The notes under the pieces are model-generated. The model was not told the DNA's origin and made no database searches. It worked only from the letters and a program-made list of their open reading frames with translations. From contig JAQWMJ010000040.1 of the NCBI GenBank assembly GCA_029246845.1, forward strand, positions 10,763-74,762: a DNA stretch of 64,000 nucleotides, read 5' to 3'. Both the position numbers and the translations under genes were made by a program. Shown in pieces: positions 31,341 to 41,600 of this stretch (positions are counted from its first letter, which is position 1; each line of letters starts with the position of its first letter). Source of the stretch: Thermodesulfobacteriota bacterium. GTDB lineage: Bacteria > Desulfobacterota_D > UBA1144.

Positions 31341-32429
31341 ATGATACCAAAGAAAAGAAGTCTCTTTTTGTTCTTTTTAATATTCTCTTTAGTCTTAATA
31401 ACAATCTATTACTTAAAATTTGGAAAAAAATCTGATCTAGATGAAAAAATTCTTATACCAAAAGTGGAAGTAATAGAACGAAATGTAGAGAATTTTACAA
31501 AAAAAGTCTATTTCTTAGCAAAACTCCATAGCAATAAAAGCATTGATATTATGTCTGAAACTGACGGAACTATCGAAAGCAGGGCCTACCAGATAGGTAA
31601 CTATGTAAAAAAAGGGCAAATAATAATACAGATGACAGATACCAGAAAGGTTCTGGAGCTTAAGGAAATAGAAGATATGCTGAAAGCATCTAAAGCGAGG
31701 CTAGATGAATCTTCATCAAACTATAGGAATAGCATAAAGCTTCATGAAAAAAATATTATCTCCGATAAAGAAAAAGAGACACAATTGAACTTGTATAGAT
31801 CTAATAAATTTGAACATAATGCCCAAAAAATGCGTTATAAAAGAGTACTTTGGGAGTTTGACAATCTAAGTATAAGGGCTCCATTTGATGGATATGTGAA
31901 TAAGTTTTATTTTGATGTTGGCCAAAAGATTTCGAGAGGTACGGCTATGTTGGAATTTTTAGATAATAATACCCTTATAGGAAAAGCTAATCTTAGTTCT
32001 GTAAACGCAGAAACAATTAGAAAATCAAAGAATAAGTTGTTATTAAAAAACAAAAACTTGTACTTTGAGGCAGAAGTTCTAGGAATTGGAAGACAGATGA
32101 GTAATGATGCACCATCATACAAATTAGAGTTTAAAATTAATAACAAAGAAAGTAATTTTATTCCTGGTGAAGTTGTCGAAGTTGAAGTTGTTACGGCAGA
32201 ATATAATGACTTTATTTCTTTTCCTTCTAGTGCAATTGTAATGGAAGAAAACCAATACTTTATTTTCATAACTAAGGATGGTGTAGTAAAAAAAATAAAC
32301 GTATCTCCTACTCAGCTGGACAACAAGCTTTTTATTGTTCCACAGGTCCAGATTCCAATTCTTCATAAGATTGTTATAAATGGTCAGGCTAGACTAGAGA
32401 GTAATGACAAAGTAAGGATCAATAAGTAA
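31341..32429 (+). CDS. Efflux RND transporter periplasmic adaptor subunit (HlyD/membrane-fusion family)
   Basis: 362 aa. N-terminal TM anchor, then coiled-coil-rich alpha-hairpin, then beta-barrel architecture. Immediately upstream (3 nt) of the RND pump gene. Confidence 0.7.
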   Translation: MIPKKRSLFLFFLIFSLVLITIYYLKFGKKSDLDEKILIPKVEVIERNVENFTKKVYFLAKLHSNKSIDIMSETDGTIESRAYQIGNYVKKGQIIIQMTDTRKVLELKEIEDMLKASKARLDESSSNYRNSIKLHEKNIISDKEKETQLNLYRSNKFEHNAQKMRYKRVLWEFDNLSIRAPFDGYVNKFYFDVGQKISRGTAMLEFLDNNTLIGKANLSSVNAETIRKSKNKLLLKNKNLYFEAEVLGIGRQMSNDAPSYKLEFKINNKESNFIPGEVVEVEVVTAEYNDFISFPSSAIVMEENQYFIFITKDGVVKKINVSPTQLDNKLFIVPQVQIPILHKIVINGQARLESNDKVRINK

Positions 32430-32432
32430 TAA

Positions 32433-35400
32433 ATGAAATTAATTGAATTTTCTGTTAATAACCCTGTATTTTCAAACCTCTTAATGGCTACAATTATAAT
32501 CTTTGGTCTTTACGTAGGAATGAATTTACCAAAAGAATTATTTCCGTCTATTGGGTTTGAGAGGGTAACAATTGTAACAATATATGAGAACTCTACAGCA
32601 GAAGATGTTGAAAAATTAATTACAATACCTATAGAAGACCAAATCTCCGGTATCTCCGGTATAAAAAAAATTACTTCAACTTCATCTGAGTCTAGATCGT
32701 TTATTGTTGCAGAACTACTTCCAAATGAAGATATTAAAGAAATAGCCCAAGAAATTAGATCCGAAGTTTCTCAAATAAGAAATGATTTACCCGAAGATAT
32801 AGAGGATCCTATAACAAACGAAGTAGAGGCTAGCGCACCATTAATCAACGTATCAATTGGAAGTAAGGGTGATGAAAATGAATTAAGATTTTATGCTACA
32901 AAGCTTAAAGATAAGCTAGAAAAGCTAGAAGAAATTGATGGGCTTATCGAATCCGGATATGGGGATTTAGTTTTCTGGATCAACATTGACCAAAAAAAAT
33001 TACTGCAATATGAGCTTAGTTTAAATGAAATTATATCAACTATTAAATCGAAAAACATTGATCTTCCTGCAGGAGCAATTGAAACAGGTGAGCAAGAGTA
33101 CACAATAAGAACTAAGGGTAAGATAGAAAGTGTTTATGAGCTAGCAAATGTTCCATTAAATAAGAGGTTTAATAAAATTCCATTAATTCTTGGTGATATT
33201 GCTACAATCGAGCTAGGTCAAGAAAAAGATTTATCGCTTTCTAGAATAAATGGATTTAAATCTGTTTCTTTTTGGATAGATAAGCAAAAAAATAAAGATG
33301 CCATCAAATCTGTAAAAAAAATCAAGGAGACTGTTGCTTCTTTCGAAGAAACTTTACCAAATGACGTAAAAATATTTATATCAAATGATTCATCATATTG
33401 GGTAAAAGGAAGATTTCAGTCTATGGTCAAAACTGGTGTGTTCGGCATATTGGCAGTCCTTATTATCTTAGCTTTATTTTTAGATTTTAGATCTGCATTT
33501 CTTGCTGCACTGGGGCTTCCAGTTGCATTCTTTGGCGCCTTTATAGTTATGCAATACACCGGAGCAAGTCTGAATGTAATTACTATGTTTGGATTAATTA
33601 TGGTATTGGGAATAGTAGTTGATGATGCCATAATTGTTGTTGAAAATGTAAAGAGACATATACAGAAAGGTCTGCAACCTAAAGAAGCCGCTATTGTAGG
33701 TACCAAAGAGGTAGCTTGGCCTGTTATTGCAACAATTTTGACTAATATAGCCTCTTTATTTCCAATCCTACTTGCAGAAGGAACTTTAGGTATTTTTCTA
33801 TCTATTATTCCTCAAGTTGCAATCTTTGCATTAATATTTTCTTTAGTGGAAGCACTTACAATACTACCATCTCATTGTGCAGATTTTGTTAAAATAAGTA
33901 ATGAAACAGGATTTATTGCAAGACTTTTTGGTAAATTTAGAAAGAAATATTTAGGTGCATTAATTACATCATTAAGATACCGATATTTTGTTATAGGCAT
34001 GTCATCTACTCTCCTAGTTATTAGCTTTATTATACTTTTTAAAATCCCATTTGTTTTACTTTATGTATCTGATGTAAATCAATACCTTATTAAAGTTCAA
34101 AATCCCACAAATTATAGTTTAGATTTAACTAGTCAAAAATCCCAAGAGATCGAAAGAATAATCTTGGATAATACTCCAAAAAATCTACTTAAGAACTCTT
34201 TGACGACGTTGGGTATTGATTTCTCAAAAAAACCACCTGTTTTTGGAGATCATGTTTCAAATATACTTATTCAATTTGAAGACTTTGAAAAAAGAAAGGA
34301 AAATGGACTCGACTCGATGAAAAGAATACAGGCTATTGTTGATGAGAAAATTGTAGGACCTGAAAGTATTAGCTTTGTTCAGACTGCTGGTCCCCCTAAG
34401 GGTAAGGATTTAGACGTTAGAATCATAGGGGATAATGTAGTTGTTTTAACAGAAATAAGTACAAAAATTAAGAAGTTTCTAAAGACCAAGAAAGGAGTTT
34501 ATGGTGTTAGTGATGATTTATCCTACGGTAAAACCAAATTAAATATTAATGTCGATGAACAAAAAGCATCACTATACGGACTTAGTACTTTAGATTTGGG
34601 AAGAGAGCTGAGAGCTATAGTTGATGGTCTAACTATAGATGAAACTAGAATCAATGATGAAAAAGCCTATATAAAGATAAGAATTACAAACTCAATAAAT
34701 AAAAAAGGTCCCTTAGATATATCTGGGCACTTAATTAGAACGGCGAATGGATCATATGTTCCCATATCAAATTTTACCAATACTACAGTTGATTCATCAT
34801 TGGTAAGCATCTCAAGATACAATAGAGAAAGGGCTGCAAGTATTACAGCAGAAATCGACTCGGACATTACAACACCAAGGCAAACAATTGCAAGTGTAGT
34901 CACCTTTTTTAATGGTATTAAGAAAGATTATCCGGGATATAAATTAGCGTTAGATGGCGAAGAACAGGATACAAGAGAGTCTTTAGAGAGTGTTAAAAGA
35001 GCATCTATAATCTCAATACTAATTATTTATTTAATACTTGCAACGATCCTTAGGTCTTATGCTCAACCCCTCTTGATAATGTCGATTCTACCTTTCACAA
35101 TAGTAGGTATTACTGTTGGAGTACTTTTAAGAGGTGACCCTATTTCGATTACGGGATTAATAGGAATAGTTGCACTGTTGGGTGTTGTAATAAATGACAG
35201 CCTGATTCTTATGAATTTTATCAATAAAGGAATAAGAAATAATAATTTTATATTTTCTATCTTCTATTCAGCAAAGAATCGATTTAGAGCGATAATCTTG
35301 ACCACTCTCACAACCTTTGCAGGACTTTTTACACTAATGTTTGAAACAAGAGGAGAAGCAGCGTTCCTAGCTCCAATGGCAATCTCTTTGGGGCTAGGAT

Positions 35401-35501
35401 TAGTATTTGCCACTTTTATAACACTTTTCCTAATTCCATGCCTCTATTTGTCTTTTGTCGATTTAAAGAGATATCTATCTAGAGCTATTTCATCAAATTA
35501 A
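32433..35501 (+). CDS. Efflux RND transporter permease (AcrB/AcrD/AcrF family)
   Basis: 1022 aa, 12-TM pump with two large periplasmic loops. Conserved TM4 region GLIMVLGIVVDDAIIVVENV (the D-D proton relay of RND pumps). No outer-membrane factor gene adjacent. Confidence 0.9.
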   Translation: MKLIEFSVNNPVFSNLLMATIIIFGLYVGMNLPKELFPSIGFERVTIVTIYENSTAEDVEKLITIPIEDQISGISGIKKITSTSSESRSFIVAELLPNEDIKEIAQEIRSEVSQIRNDLPEDIEDPITNEVEASAPLINVSIGSKGDENELRFYATKLKDKLEKLEEIDGLIESGYGDLVFWINIDQKKLLQYELSLNEIISTIKSKNIDLPAGAIETGEQEYTIRTKGKIESVYELANVPLNKRFNKIPLILGDIATIELGQEKDLSLSRINGFKSVSFWIDKQKNKDAIKSVKKIKETVASFEETLPNDVKIFISNDSSYWVKGRFQSMVKTGVFGILAVLIILALFLDFRSAFLAALGLPVAFFGAFIVMQYTGASLNVITMFGLIMVLGIVVDDAIIVVENVKRHIQKGLQPKEAAIVGTKEVAWPVIATILTNIASLFPILLAEGTLGIFLSIIPQVAIFALIFSLVEALTILPSHCADFVKISNETGFIARLFGKFRKKYLGALITSLRYRYFVIGMSSTLLVISFIILFKIPFVLLYVSDVNQYLIKVQNPTNYSLDLTSQKSQEIERIILDNTPKNLLKNSLTTLGIDFSKKPPVFGDHVSNILIQFEDFEKRKENGLDSMKRIQAIVDEKIVGPESISFVQTAGPPKGKDLDVRIIGDNVVVLTEISTKIKKFLKTKKGVYGVSDDLSYGKTKLNINVDEQKASLYGLSTLDLGRELRAIVDGLTIDETRINDEKAYIKIRITNSINKKGPLDISGHLIRTANGSYVPISNFTNTTVDSSLVSISRYNRERAASITAEIDSDITTPRQTIASVVTFFNGIKKDYPGYKLALDGEEQDTRESLESVKRASIISILIIYLILATILRSYAQPLLIMSILPFTIVGITVGVLLRGDPISITGLIGIVALLGVVINDSLILMNFINKGIRNNNFIFSIFYSAKNRFRAIILTTLTTFAGLFTLMFETRGEAAFLAPMAISLGLGLVFATFITLFLIPCLYLSFVDLKRYLSRAISSN

Positions 35502-36023
35502 TTCAGAAATATTGAATATTGGATCATACTCAATATTAAGCTTTGAGAACTTCTCTCTTGCTCCCATTTCCCTATCAACGATTGAAAGGATAAGCCCTAC
35601 CGTTGATCCTTGTTTTTCTATTTCACTAATGGCAGAAATTATGGAGCCACCTGTTGAAACAACATCTTCAACTATAACTACCTTGGAGTTGTCTAAAGTT
35701 GGTCCTTCTATCACTTTCTTAGTACCATGCTTCTTCTCTCCTGACCTAACAAGAAATCCTTTTAAGGCCTTCTTCTCGTTGTATGACTTATTAAGAATGG
35801 CTCCCACTATTGGATCAGCACCTATAGTTGGGCCTCCAACATAGATCAAATTGCTAGCAATAATCTTTTTATAAAAAATATCTGCAATACTTCCAAGTGA
35901 TTCAGAAGAAAGTGTACTAATTCTTGCATCTATATAATAAGAACTTTTTTCTCCAGATGAAAGAGTAAAATTTCCCTTTAGAATAGAATTCTTTTTTAAA
36001 TATTCTAATAAAAAGTTTTTCAT
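35493..36023 (-). CDS. pyrE: Orotate phosphoribosyltransferase
   Basis: 176 aa. PRPP-binding motif VVIVEDVVSTGGS. Convergent 9-nt overlap with the RND gene. Confidence 0.85.
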   Translation of the reverse strand: MKNFLLEYLKKNSILKGNFTLSSGEKSSYYIDARISTLSSESLGSIADIFYKKIIASNLIYVGGPTIGADPIVGAILNKSYNEKKALKGFLVRSGEKKHGTKKVIEGPTLDNSKVVIVEDVVSTGGSIISAISEIEKQGSTVGLILSIVDREMGAREKFSKLNIEYDPIFNISELI

Positions 36024-36061
36024 TTTTAACAGTTCTTATTATTTTGAGTTAAAATAAAGAT

Positions 36062-37375
36062 ATGTCAAAGTTTCCTCCAGGTTTAGATAAAGCAATAAAT
36101 CATTCTTACTTAAACGCACTTTATGAGCGAAGGTCAAGAAGATTTCCTTTGGGCGGTGAGATTGACGAAGGTCCACTTCAATACAAATCAAAACATTCAC
36201 CTATTCCTCTTAGTGAATTAGAAGAGGCAATCCTTGCTTGGAACGGGCTTGGGATTAAAAATATAAATCTATCTGACTTTCCCCCACATAAAGGTCTAGA
36301 TTTAGAAGTTAAATTTATGAGTAAGACTATCCCCTCACTAGGAGATATTCATAGAACAGAATTATTTTATACAAACGATGATGGTCTATACTTGTTAAAA
36401 TTAAATGATAAAGATGCGCCCGACTTAAAAGGATTAGAGGGGCTAAAAAAAGAAGACAAGATTGAAAAAATATTAGAGCTTTTTAGGGAATCAAGAATTA
36501 AAATTCATGATGGGCGAGCTAAAATACCTGACGTGCCTCCTGGCCTTGCAATTCATAATACATGGAGCGTAAATAAGCCTGGAACATCTTTATTCATGCC
36601 TGTCACAGACTTGTCAGCTGGTTTAATTAATATCTTGTTCTTTTATATGAGAGAAGGTCATAGATTCAATTTTGTTGACGAATTAAATAAAATGAAACCT
36701 GCTGGAACCCAAAAATGGATTGATAACGGTTACATTAAAAAAACAAATCCCATACCTTTAATTGAAGCTGAGCTGAGATTTGCAAATGGATACATTGCCG
36801 AACAACCTTTATTTTGTCAAAACGTTGTTTTAACTCAACAAATTTTAGGGTTAGGTGGTTGGATGTTTAGTGGTTTTCAAAGTCGTCATATATTAGGTGC
36901 AGATGACGCCTTTAAAGGTTTAGGCTTTACTTGTGTTGAAGCCAAAGATCAGGGTGAAGACTGGGGAGCTGCAGTTTCCAAAGCTCCAGTTGGACTAGAT
37001 GGACACTTTGAGTCCTTTTGTCCACCATACTATAAGAACATGTCTGAAGCTGTCGATGCATTTAATGAAATGAAATGGGGCAATTGGGATTCAAAATATA
37101 TGCCTTACAAAGACCCAACTGGTGTCTTAAATGCTACCCCTAAACCAAGCAAAGAAGAGGTCCAGATTGTAAAAGATATATGTAATTATATATTTGATAC
37201 CTACGGAAAATTTCCAGGCTTTTCAGATCCAATGTATTGCCGTATGATGGTTCAGAACCACCATATCGATTTAGATTTTTATGATAAGTTTTATCCAGAA
37301 GGTGCTTATACTGAGGCGCACAAAAATCACTTTGCACTTTGGCATCCTGAGATAGATGATCCTTTTAAAAAATAA
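36062..37375 (+). CDS. Conserved hypothetical protein, 437 aa, function unknown
   Basis: Long uninterrupted ORF with even, non-repetitive composition and a Trp/aromatic-rich C-terminal half (WGNWDSKYMPYKDPTG...; FALWHPEIDDPF). N-terminal YERRSRRFPLGGEID... has only a vague likeness to R-R-S-x-R-x-F nitroreductase-like starts. No family can be assigned from sequence alone. Confidence 0.5.
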   Translation: MSKFPPGLDKAINHSYLNALYERRSRRFPLGGEIDEGPLQYKSKHSPIPLSELEEAILAWNGLGIKNINLSDFPPHKGLDLEVKFMSKTIPSLGDIHRTELFYTNDDGLYLLKLNDKDAPDLKGLEGLKKEDKIEKILELFRESRIKIHDGRAKIPDVPPGLAIHNTWSVNKPGTSLFMPVTDLSAGLINILFFYMREGHRFNFVDELNKMKPAGTQKWIDNGYIKKTNPIPLIEAELRFANGYIAEQPLFCQNVVLTQQILGLGGWMFSGFQSRHILGADDAFKGLGFTCVEAKDQGEDWGAAVSKAPVGLDGHFESFCPPYYKNMSEAVDAFNEMKWGNWDSKYMPYKDPTGVLNATPKPSKEEVQIVKDICNYIFDTYGKFPGFSDPMYCRMMVQNHHIDLDFYDKFYPEGAYTEAHKNHFALWHPEIDDPFKK

Positions 37376-37512
37376 TTAAACTAGATTGTTAGTATAAAAA
37401 TAGGAATCACCAAAAGCACAATAAAATTTAAAAGACATCCGTATGGTAAGAAAGACAGCATAATCACCAGTAATAATAGCTACTATATTATTAGTTTACT
37501 ATGTTAAATTAC

Positions 37513-38511
37513 CTAATCCCAGTCTAAAGAACCCGCAGTTTGATACTCTGTGACTCTTGTTTCAAAGAAGTTCTTCTCTTTTGATAAATCAACAGATTGA
37601 GACATCCATGGAAAGGGATTGTCAGTTTCGTAAACTTTAGAAAGCCCTATCCTTTCAAGTCTTCTATCTGCGATATACTCCACATATTCACAAAACTGCT
37701 CAGGATTAATTCCAAGTAGCCCATTAGGGATTGCATCTAATGCGTATTTCTTTTCATGGTCTACAGCCTGAACAATTAAATCTGTTATTTTCTTTTGAAC
37801 ATCATCAGTCCATATACCCTTATTCTCTTCTTTTATTGTATTAATCAAATCACATCCGAATGCGAGATGGATACTTTCGTCTCTCATTATATACTCAAAC
37901 TGCTCCCCAATTCCCACCATTTTATTTTGCCTTTTAAGAGCAAGCATCATTGCAAATCCCGCATAAAAGAAAATTCCTTCCATTATCACGTAATATCCGA
38001 CTACGTCTTGGAGAAAAATCTTAATATCCTCATCTGTTCTTAGTTCAAAATTAGGATCCATAATTGATTTTGTCAGACCAACTACATAATCATCTTTTTC
38101 TTTTATAGAAGGAATAGTTTCATACATATTATATATATATTCGGGATCTAGACCCAAAGTATCGCAACAGTAAATAAAAGTATCTGTATGTACTGCTTCT
38201 TCGTATGCTTGTCTTAGAAGATACTGTCTTGCCTCAGGATTAGTAACGTGTTTATAAACTGTTAAAACAATATTGTTTGCTGTTAAGGACTCTGCCGTTG
38301 AGAAAAAACCTAAATTCCAAAGAATCATTCTCTTTTCAATGTCAGATAAAACATCAGGGGATTTCCACTGCTCGACATCTTTTTGCATTGAAATCTCTTC
38401 GGGAGTCCAGTTGTTTGCAACTCCATCTTTATAGTGCTCCCTAGCCCACATATATGTCATTGGGAGAATCTTATTAGGATCTGTCTTCGAATCATTGCTT
38501 AAAATAGTCAT
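37513..38511 (-). CDS. nrdB: Class Ia ribonucleotide reductase beta (R2) subunit
   Basis: 332 aa. Di-iron ligand helices (...EAVHTDTF..., ...DESIHLAFG...). Tyrosyl-radical region. C-terminal R1-binding tail ...EYQTAGSLDWD. Confidence 0.95.
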   Translation of the reverse strand: MTILSNDSKTDPNKILPMTYMWAREHYKDGVANNWTPEEISMQKDVEQWKSPDVLSDIEKRMILWNLGFFSTAESLTANNIVLTVYKHVTNPEARQYLLRQAYEEAVHTDTFIYCCDTLGLDPEYIYNMYETIPSIKEKDDYVVGLTKSIMDPNFELRTDEDIKIFLQDVVGYYVIMEGIFFYAGFAMMLALKRQNKMVGIGEQFEYIMRDESIHLAFGCDLINTIKEENKGIWTDDVQKKITDLIVQAVDHEKKYALDAIPNGLLGINPEQFCEYVEYIADRRLERIGLSKVYETDNPFPWMSQSVDLSKEKNFFETRVTEYQTAGSLDWD

Positions 38512-38531
38512 TATGCACTCCTTAAATTATA

Positions 38532-41333
38532 TTACTGACAAGCTTCACAGTCTGGGTCCATTATACTACATGCACTTGCGACTTCTGACCCTGGCCTTTC
38601 TGACTGTGCTTCTTTCTCCTGATTATCTTCAGGAATTTCTTTGTACTCTCTTTTTTGAGTATAACCAAATTTATTAGCATCAAGTGTAGATTTTTCAATC
38701 TGTGTTGCTGCTAATGTTCTTAGATAATAAGTTGTCTTAAGTCCAAGCTTCCAGGCTGCAGTATAAATCTCACTTAACAGCTTGCCTGAAACGCCTTGCA
38801 TAAATATGTTATGAGATTGGCTTTGATCAATCCACTTACCTCTAACTGAAGTATGCTTAAGTAGAGTAAGTGGGCTAATTCCAAATGCCTCTTTATGCTT
38901 TTCCTTTAAGTCCTCGGGAATTTCAGAAATCTGATCTAAATTTCCGTCAAAATATTTTATTTTTTCTAACATATCTTTAGACCAAAGATTTAAATCTTTT
39001 AAATCTTTGACTAAATATGAGTTAACAACAGTAAACTCACCGCTTATGTTTGATTTAACGTAAATATTTTTATATATTGGTTCAATACATGGAAAGCATC
39101 CTGCAATATTAGAGATTGTTGCGGTAGGAGCAATAGCCATTGTATTAGAATTTCTCATTCCATGCTTTTTGACCTTTTCTTTTAACTCTTCCCAGTCCAT
39201 TGAGGTTATCTTGTTAACATCTATATGGTCGCCTCTTTCCTCTTCTAACATTGTCAGAGTATCAAGAGGGAAAATTCCCCTATCCCACTTTGAGCCCTTA
39301 AATGTTTCATACGAACCTCTCTCTTTTGCTAACTCAGAAGAGGATTCAATTGCATTATAGGAAATAAATTCCATCAATTGATCTGAAAAATTTAGTGCTT
39401 TAGGAGACTCAAAGGATAAATTACATTTAAAAAGCGCATCCTGAAGGCCCATGATTCCCATACCTATTGGCCTATGTTTAAAGTTCGAATTTTCTGCTTC
39501 AACTGTGGGGTAGAAATTTAAGTCAATAACATTATCAAGCATTCTAATTCCAGTCTGAACGGAGTCTTTAAGTAAGTCTTTATCCAATTTACCATTAACG
39601 ATATGTTTAGAAAGGTTAATGGAGCCTAGATTGCATACTGCTGTTTCATCTGCAGAGGTGTTCAGCGTAATTTCAGTACATAGATTAGAACTATGAACCA
39701 CCCCAACATGGTCTTGAGGGGATCTAACATTACAAGCGTCCTTAAAGGTTATCCAAGGATGTCCTGTCTCAAAGATTCTAGTGAGCATCTTCTTCCACAA
39801 ATCAGGGGCATGTATCTTCTTATGCTTTTTAATCTTCCCTTTTAAGACCCCATCTTCATATCCTAGATATGCCTCTTCAAATTTACTCCCATATAAATCG
39901 TGTAAGTCAGGTACCTCTTCCGGAGAGAATAAGGTCCAATCTTTCTTCTCTACGACTCTTTTCATAAATAAATCAGGAATCCAATTTGATGTATTCATAT
40001 CATGAGTTCTTCTTCTATCATCACCGGTATTTCTTCTCAAATCTAAGAAGTCTTCGATATCTAGATGCCATGTCTCAAGATAAGCACATGTAGCACCTCT
40101 TCTTTTCCCGCTTCTATTGATTGCGACCGTTACATCATTTGCAATTTTTAAGAATGGAACAACTCCTTGGCTTTCAACATTAGTACTTTTTATTTGAGAT
40201 CCTGTTGCCCTAATGTTAGTCCAATCATTTCCCAATCCTCCTGACCATTTAGACAACTGTGCATTATCACCTACGCATTTAAAAATGTGAGATAAGTCAT
40301 CAGAAACAGTAGTTAAGTAACAGGAGCTAAGTTGAGGATGTGGTGTTCCTGAATGAAAGAGTGTCGGAGTAGATGAAACAAACTCCATTGAAGATAGCTT
40401 ATTGTAGAATTCAAGCGCCCTGGAATCTTTGTTTTTTTCGTTAATTGAGATGCCCATAGCAACTCTCATCCAAAATGACTGTGGAAGCTCAAACTTTCTA
40501 CCTTCATGGTTCAGAAGATATCTTTCATACAATGTCTGAATCCCAATAAATTCAAAAAGCCCATCCCTCTCTATTTCAATAGAGTTAGATAACTTCTCTA
40601 GATCAAACTCTAAAAGCTTATCGCTAAGGTAGCCCTTCTTTACACCGAGTCTTATTCCATCGATAAATGATTCTTTATATTGAGGCTCCAAGGTGTCTTC
40701 TGTTACGGAAATCTCCATCCCTTCTTTGTAAAGTCTTTGCAAGAATAGGCCCGCTGAAACCTTACTATAATCTGGGTCTCTCTCGATAAATGTGGTTGAC
40801 GCTAAAATCAAAGCTCTCTCTAAATCTTCAGTTGTGGCTCCATCGAATATATTCCTGGTCAATTCTTTAACTATTGAGTCAACAGAAGTTGTATCTGGAT
40901 ATTTTTCACAAATCCTTGAAACTGTTTTTCTAATCTTTTGGGGGTTAAAAAGGACATTTACCCCATCCTTTTTTCTAATCTTGAGCTTACCTAACTCGGC
41001 TTTTTGAGATATTTTTTCTTTTTGCTTTTCTCTTTCCTTCGATCTTTCTGACCTGTATATAATATATCTTCGAGCTACGGTAAATAAATCAGCTCTAATG
41101 AGATGTTTTTCAACTATATCCTGAATATTTTCGACATTAGGGTAGAACTCTAGGAATCTTGATTGAATTTCTTCTTCAATATTATCTACTATCTCATTTG
41201 AGTTCACATTAGAGCTTTCACTCTCGCTACCCGCGTTGATAGCGGCATTTATTGCATTTAAAATTCTGGCTGAATCAAATTTAACTAATTCTCCCGACCT
41301 TTTCACAACTAACAACTGTTCAATTTGATTCAT
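38532..41333 (-). CDS. nrdA: Class Ia ribonucleotide reductase alpha (R1) subunit with N-terminal ATP-cone(s)
   Basis: 933 aa. N-terminal ATP-cone (VVKRSGELVKFDSARI). Catalytic NLCTEI (N-x-C-x-E). C-terminal redox Cys pair (...ACSIMDPDCEACQ). AGGAG SD 9 nt upstream of the ATG at 41333. Confidence 0.95.
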   Translation of the reverse strand: MNQIEQLLVVKRSGELVKFDSARILNAINAAINAGSESESSNVNSNEIVDNIEEEIQSRFLEFYPNVENIQDIVEKHLIRADLFTVARRYIIYRSERSKEREKQKEKISQKAELGKLKIRKKDGVNVLFNPQKIRKTVSRICEKYPDTTSVDSIVKELTRNIFDGATTEDLERALILASTTFIERDPDYSKVSAGLFLQRLYKEGMEISVTEDTLEPQYKESFIDGIRLGVKKGYLSDKLLEFDLEKLSNSIEIERDGLFEFIGIQTLYERYLLNHEGRKFELPQSFWMRVAMGISINEKNKDSRALEFYNKLSSMEFVSSTPTLFHSGTPHPQLSSCYLTTVSDDLSHIFKCVGDNAQLSKWSGGLGNDWTNIRATGSQIKSTNVESQGVVPFLKIANDVTVAINRSGKRRGATCAYLETWHLDIEDFLDLRRNTGDDRRRTHDMNTSNWIPDLFMKRVVEKKDWTLFSPEEVPDLHDLYGSKFEEAYLGYEDGVLKGKIKKHKKIHAPDLWKKMLTRIFETGHPWITFKDACNVRSPQDHVGVVHSSNLCTEITLNTSADETAVCNLGSINLSKHIVNGKLDKDLLKDSVQTGIRMLDNVIDLNFYPTVEAENSNFKHRPIGMGIMGLQDALFKCNLSFESPKALNFSDQLMEFISYNAIESSSELAKERGSYETFKGSKWDRGIFPLDTLTMLEEERGDHIDVNKITSMDWEELKEKVKKHGMRNSNTMAIAPTATISNIAGCFPCIEPIYKNIYVKSNISGEFTVVNSYLVKDLKDLNLWSKDMLEKIKYFDGNLDQISEIPEDLKEKHKEAFGISPLTLLKHTSVRGKWIDQSQSHNIFMQGVSGKLLSEIYTAAWKLGLKTTYYLRTLAATQIEKSTLDANKFGYTQKREYKEIPEDNQEKEAQSERPGSEVASACSIMDPDCEACQ

Positions 41334-41470
41334 TCATAGTCTCCTTCGTTAAGTGAATTTTTAGAGGCAAGGAAAAGCTTAACGGGGTGCAAAAGGGGAA
41401 TTTAAACTTAATCCTTGCCCCGGTTAGTCCATAATCACTCTAAAACCTATCTAACCTTTTAGTACACAAT

Positions 41471-41516
41471 TAACTATATATTGTGATTATAAATTCATTA
41501 AACCACTATATGTGGT
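41471..41516 (-). promoter_or_regulatory. Two NrdR-box-like palindromes upstream of nrdAB
   Basis: Box 1 TAACTATATATTGTGA (41471-41486) matches 13 of 16 positions of the NrdR consensus as I recall it (acaCwAtATaTwGtgt). Box 2 CCACTATATGTGG (41503-41515) is an inverted repeat with arms CCAC/GTGG. The centres are about 30.5 bp apart (three helical turns), as expected for tandem NrdR boxes. Box 1 directly abuts a minus-strand TATAAT at 41491-41486. Confidence 0.4.
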
Positions 41517-41600
41517 ATGAGTCAAGCAAATCTTAAATCATTTTTTTATTTAGTTAAAAAATCAACAATGTGAGGAGTTTAGGTAGAAAAGAGGTGGTCG

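Noticed and set aside
32641-32660. 9-nt tandem duplication ATCTCCGGT ATCTCCGGT inside the RND pump gene
   Set aside because: In-frame (ISGISG) and within a periplasmic loop. A trivial micro-duplication, not a regulatory or mobile element.
41352-41430. GC-rich island in the nrdA leader as a tRNA, tmRNA fragment or cobalamin riboswitch
   Set aside because: No cloverleaf, no T-loop GTTCRA, and no B12-box (GCCACUG-like) element. Kept only as an uncharacterised structured leader in findings.
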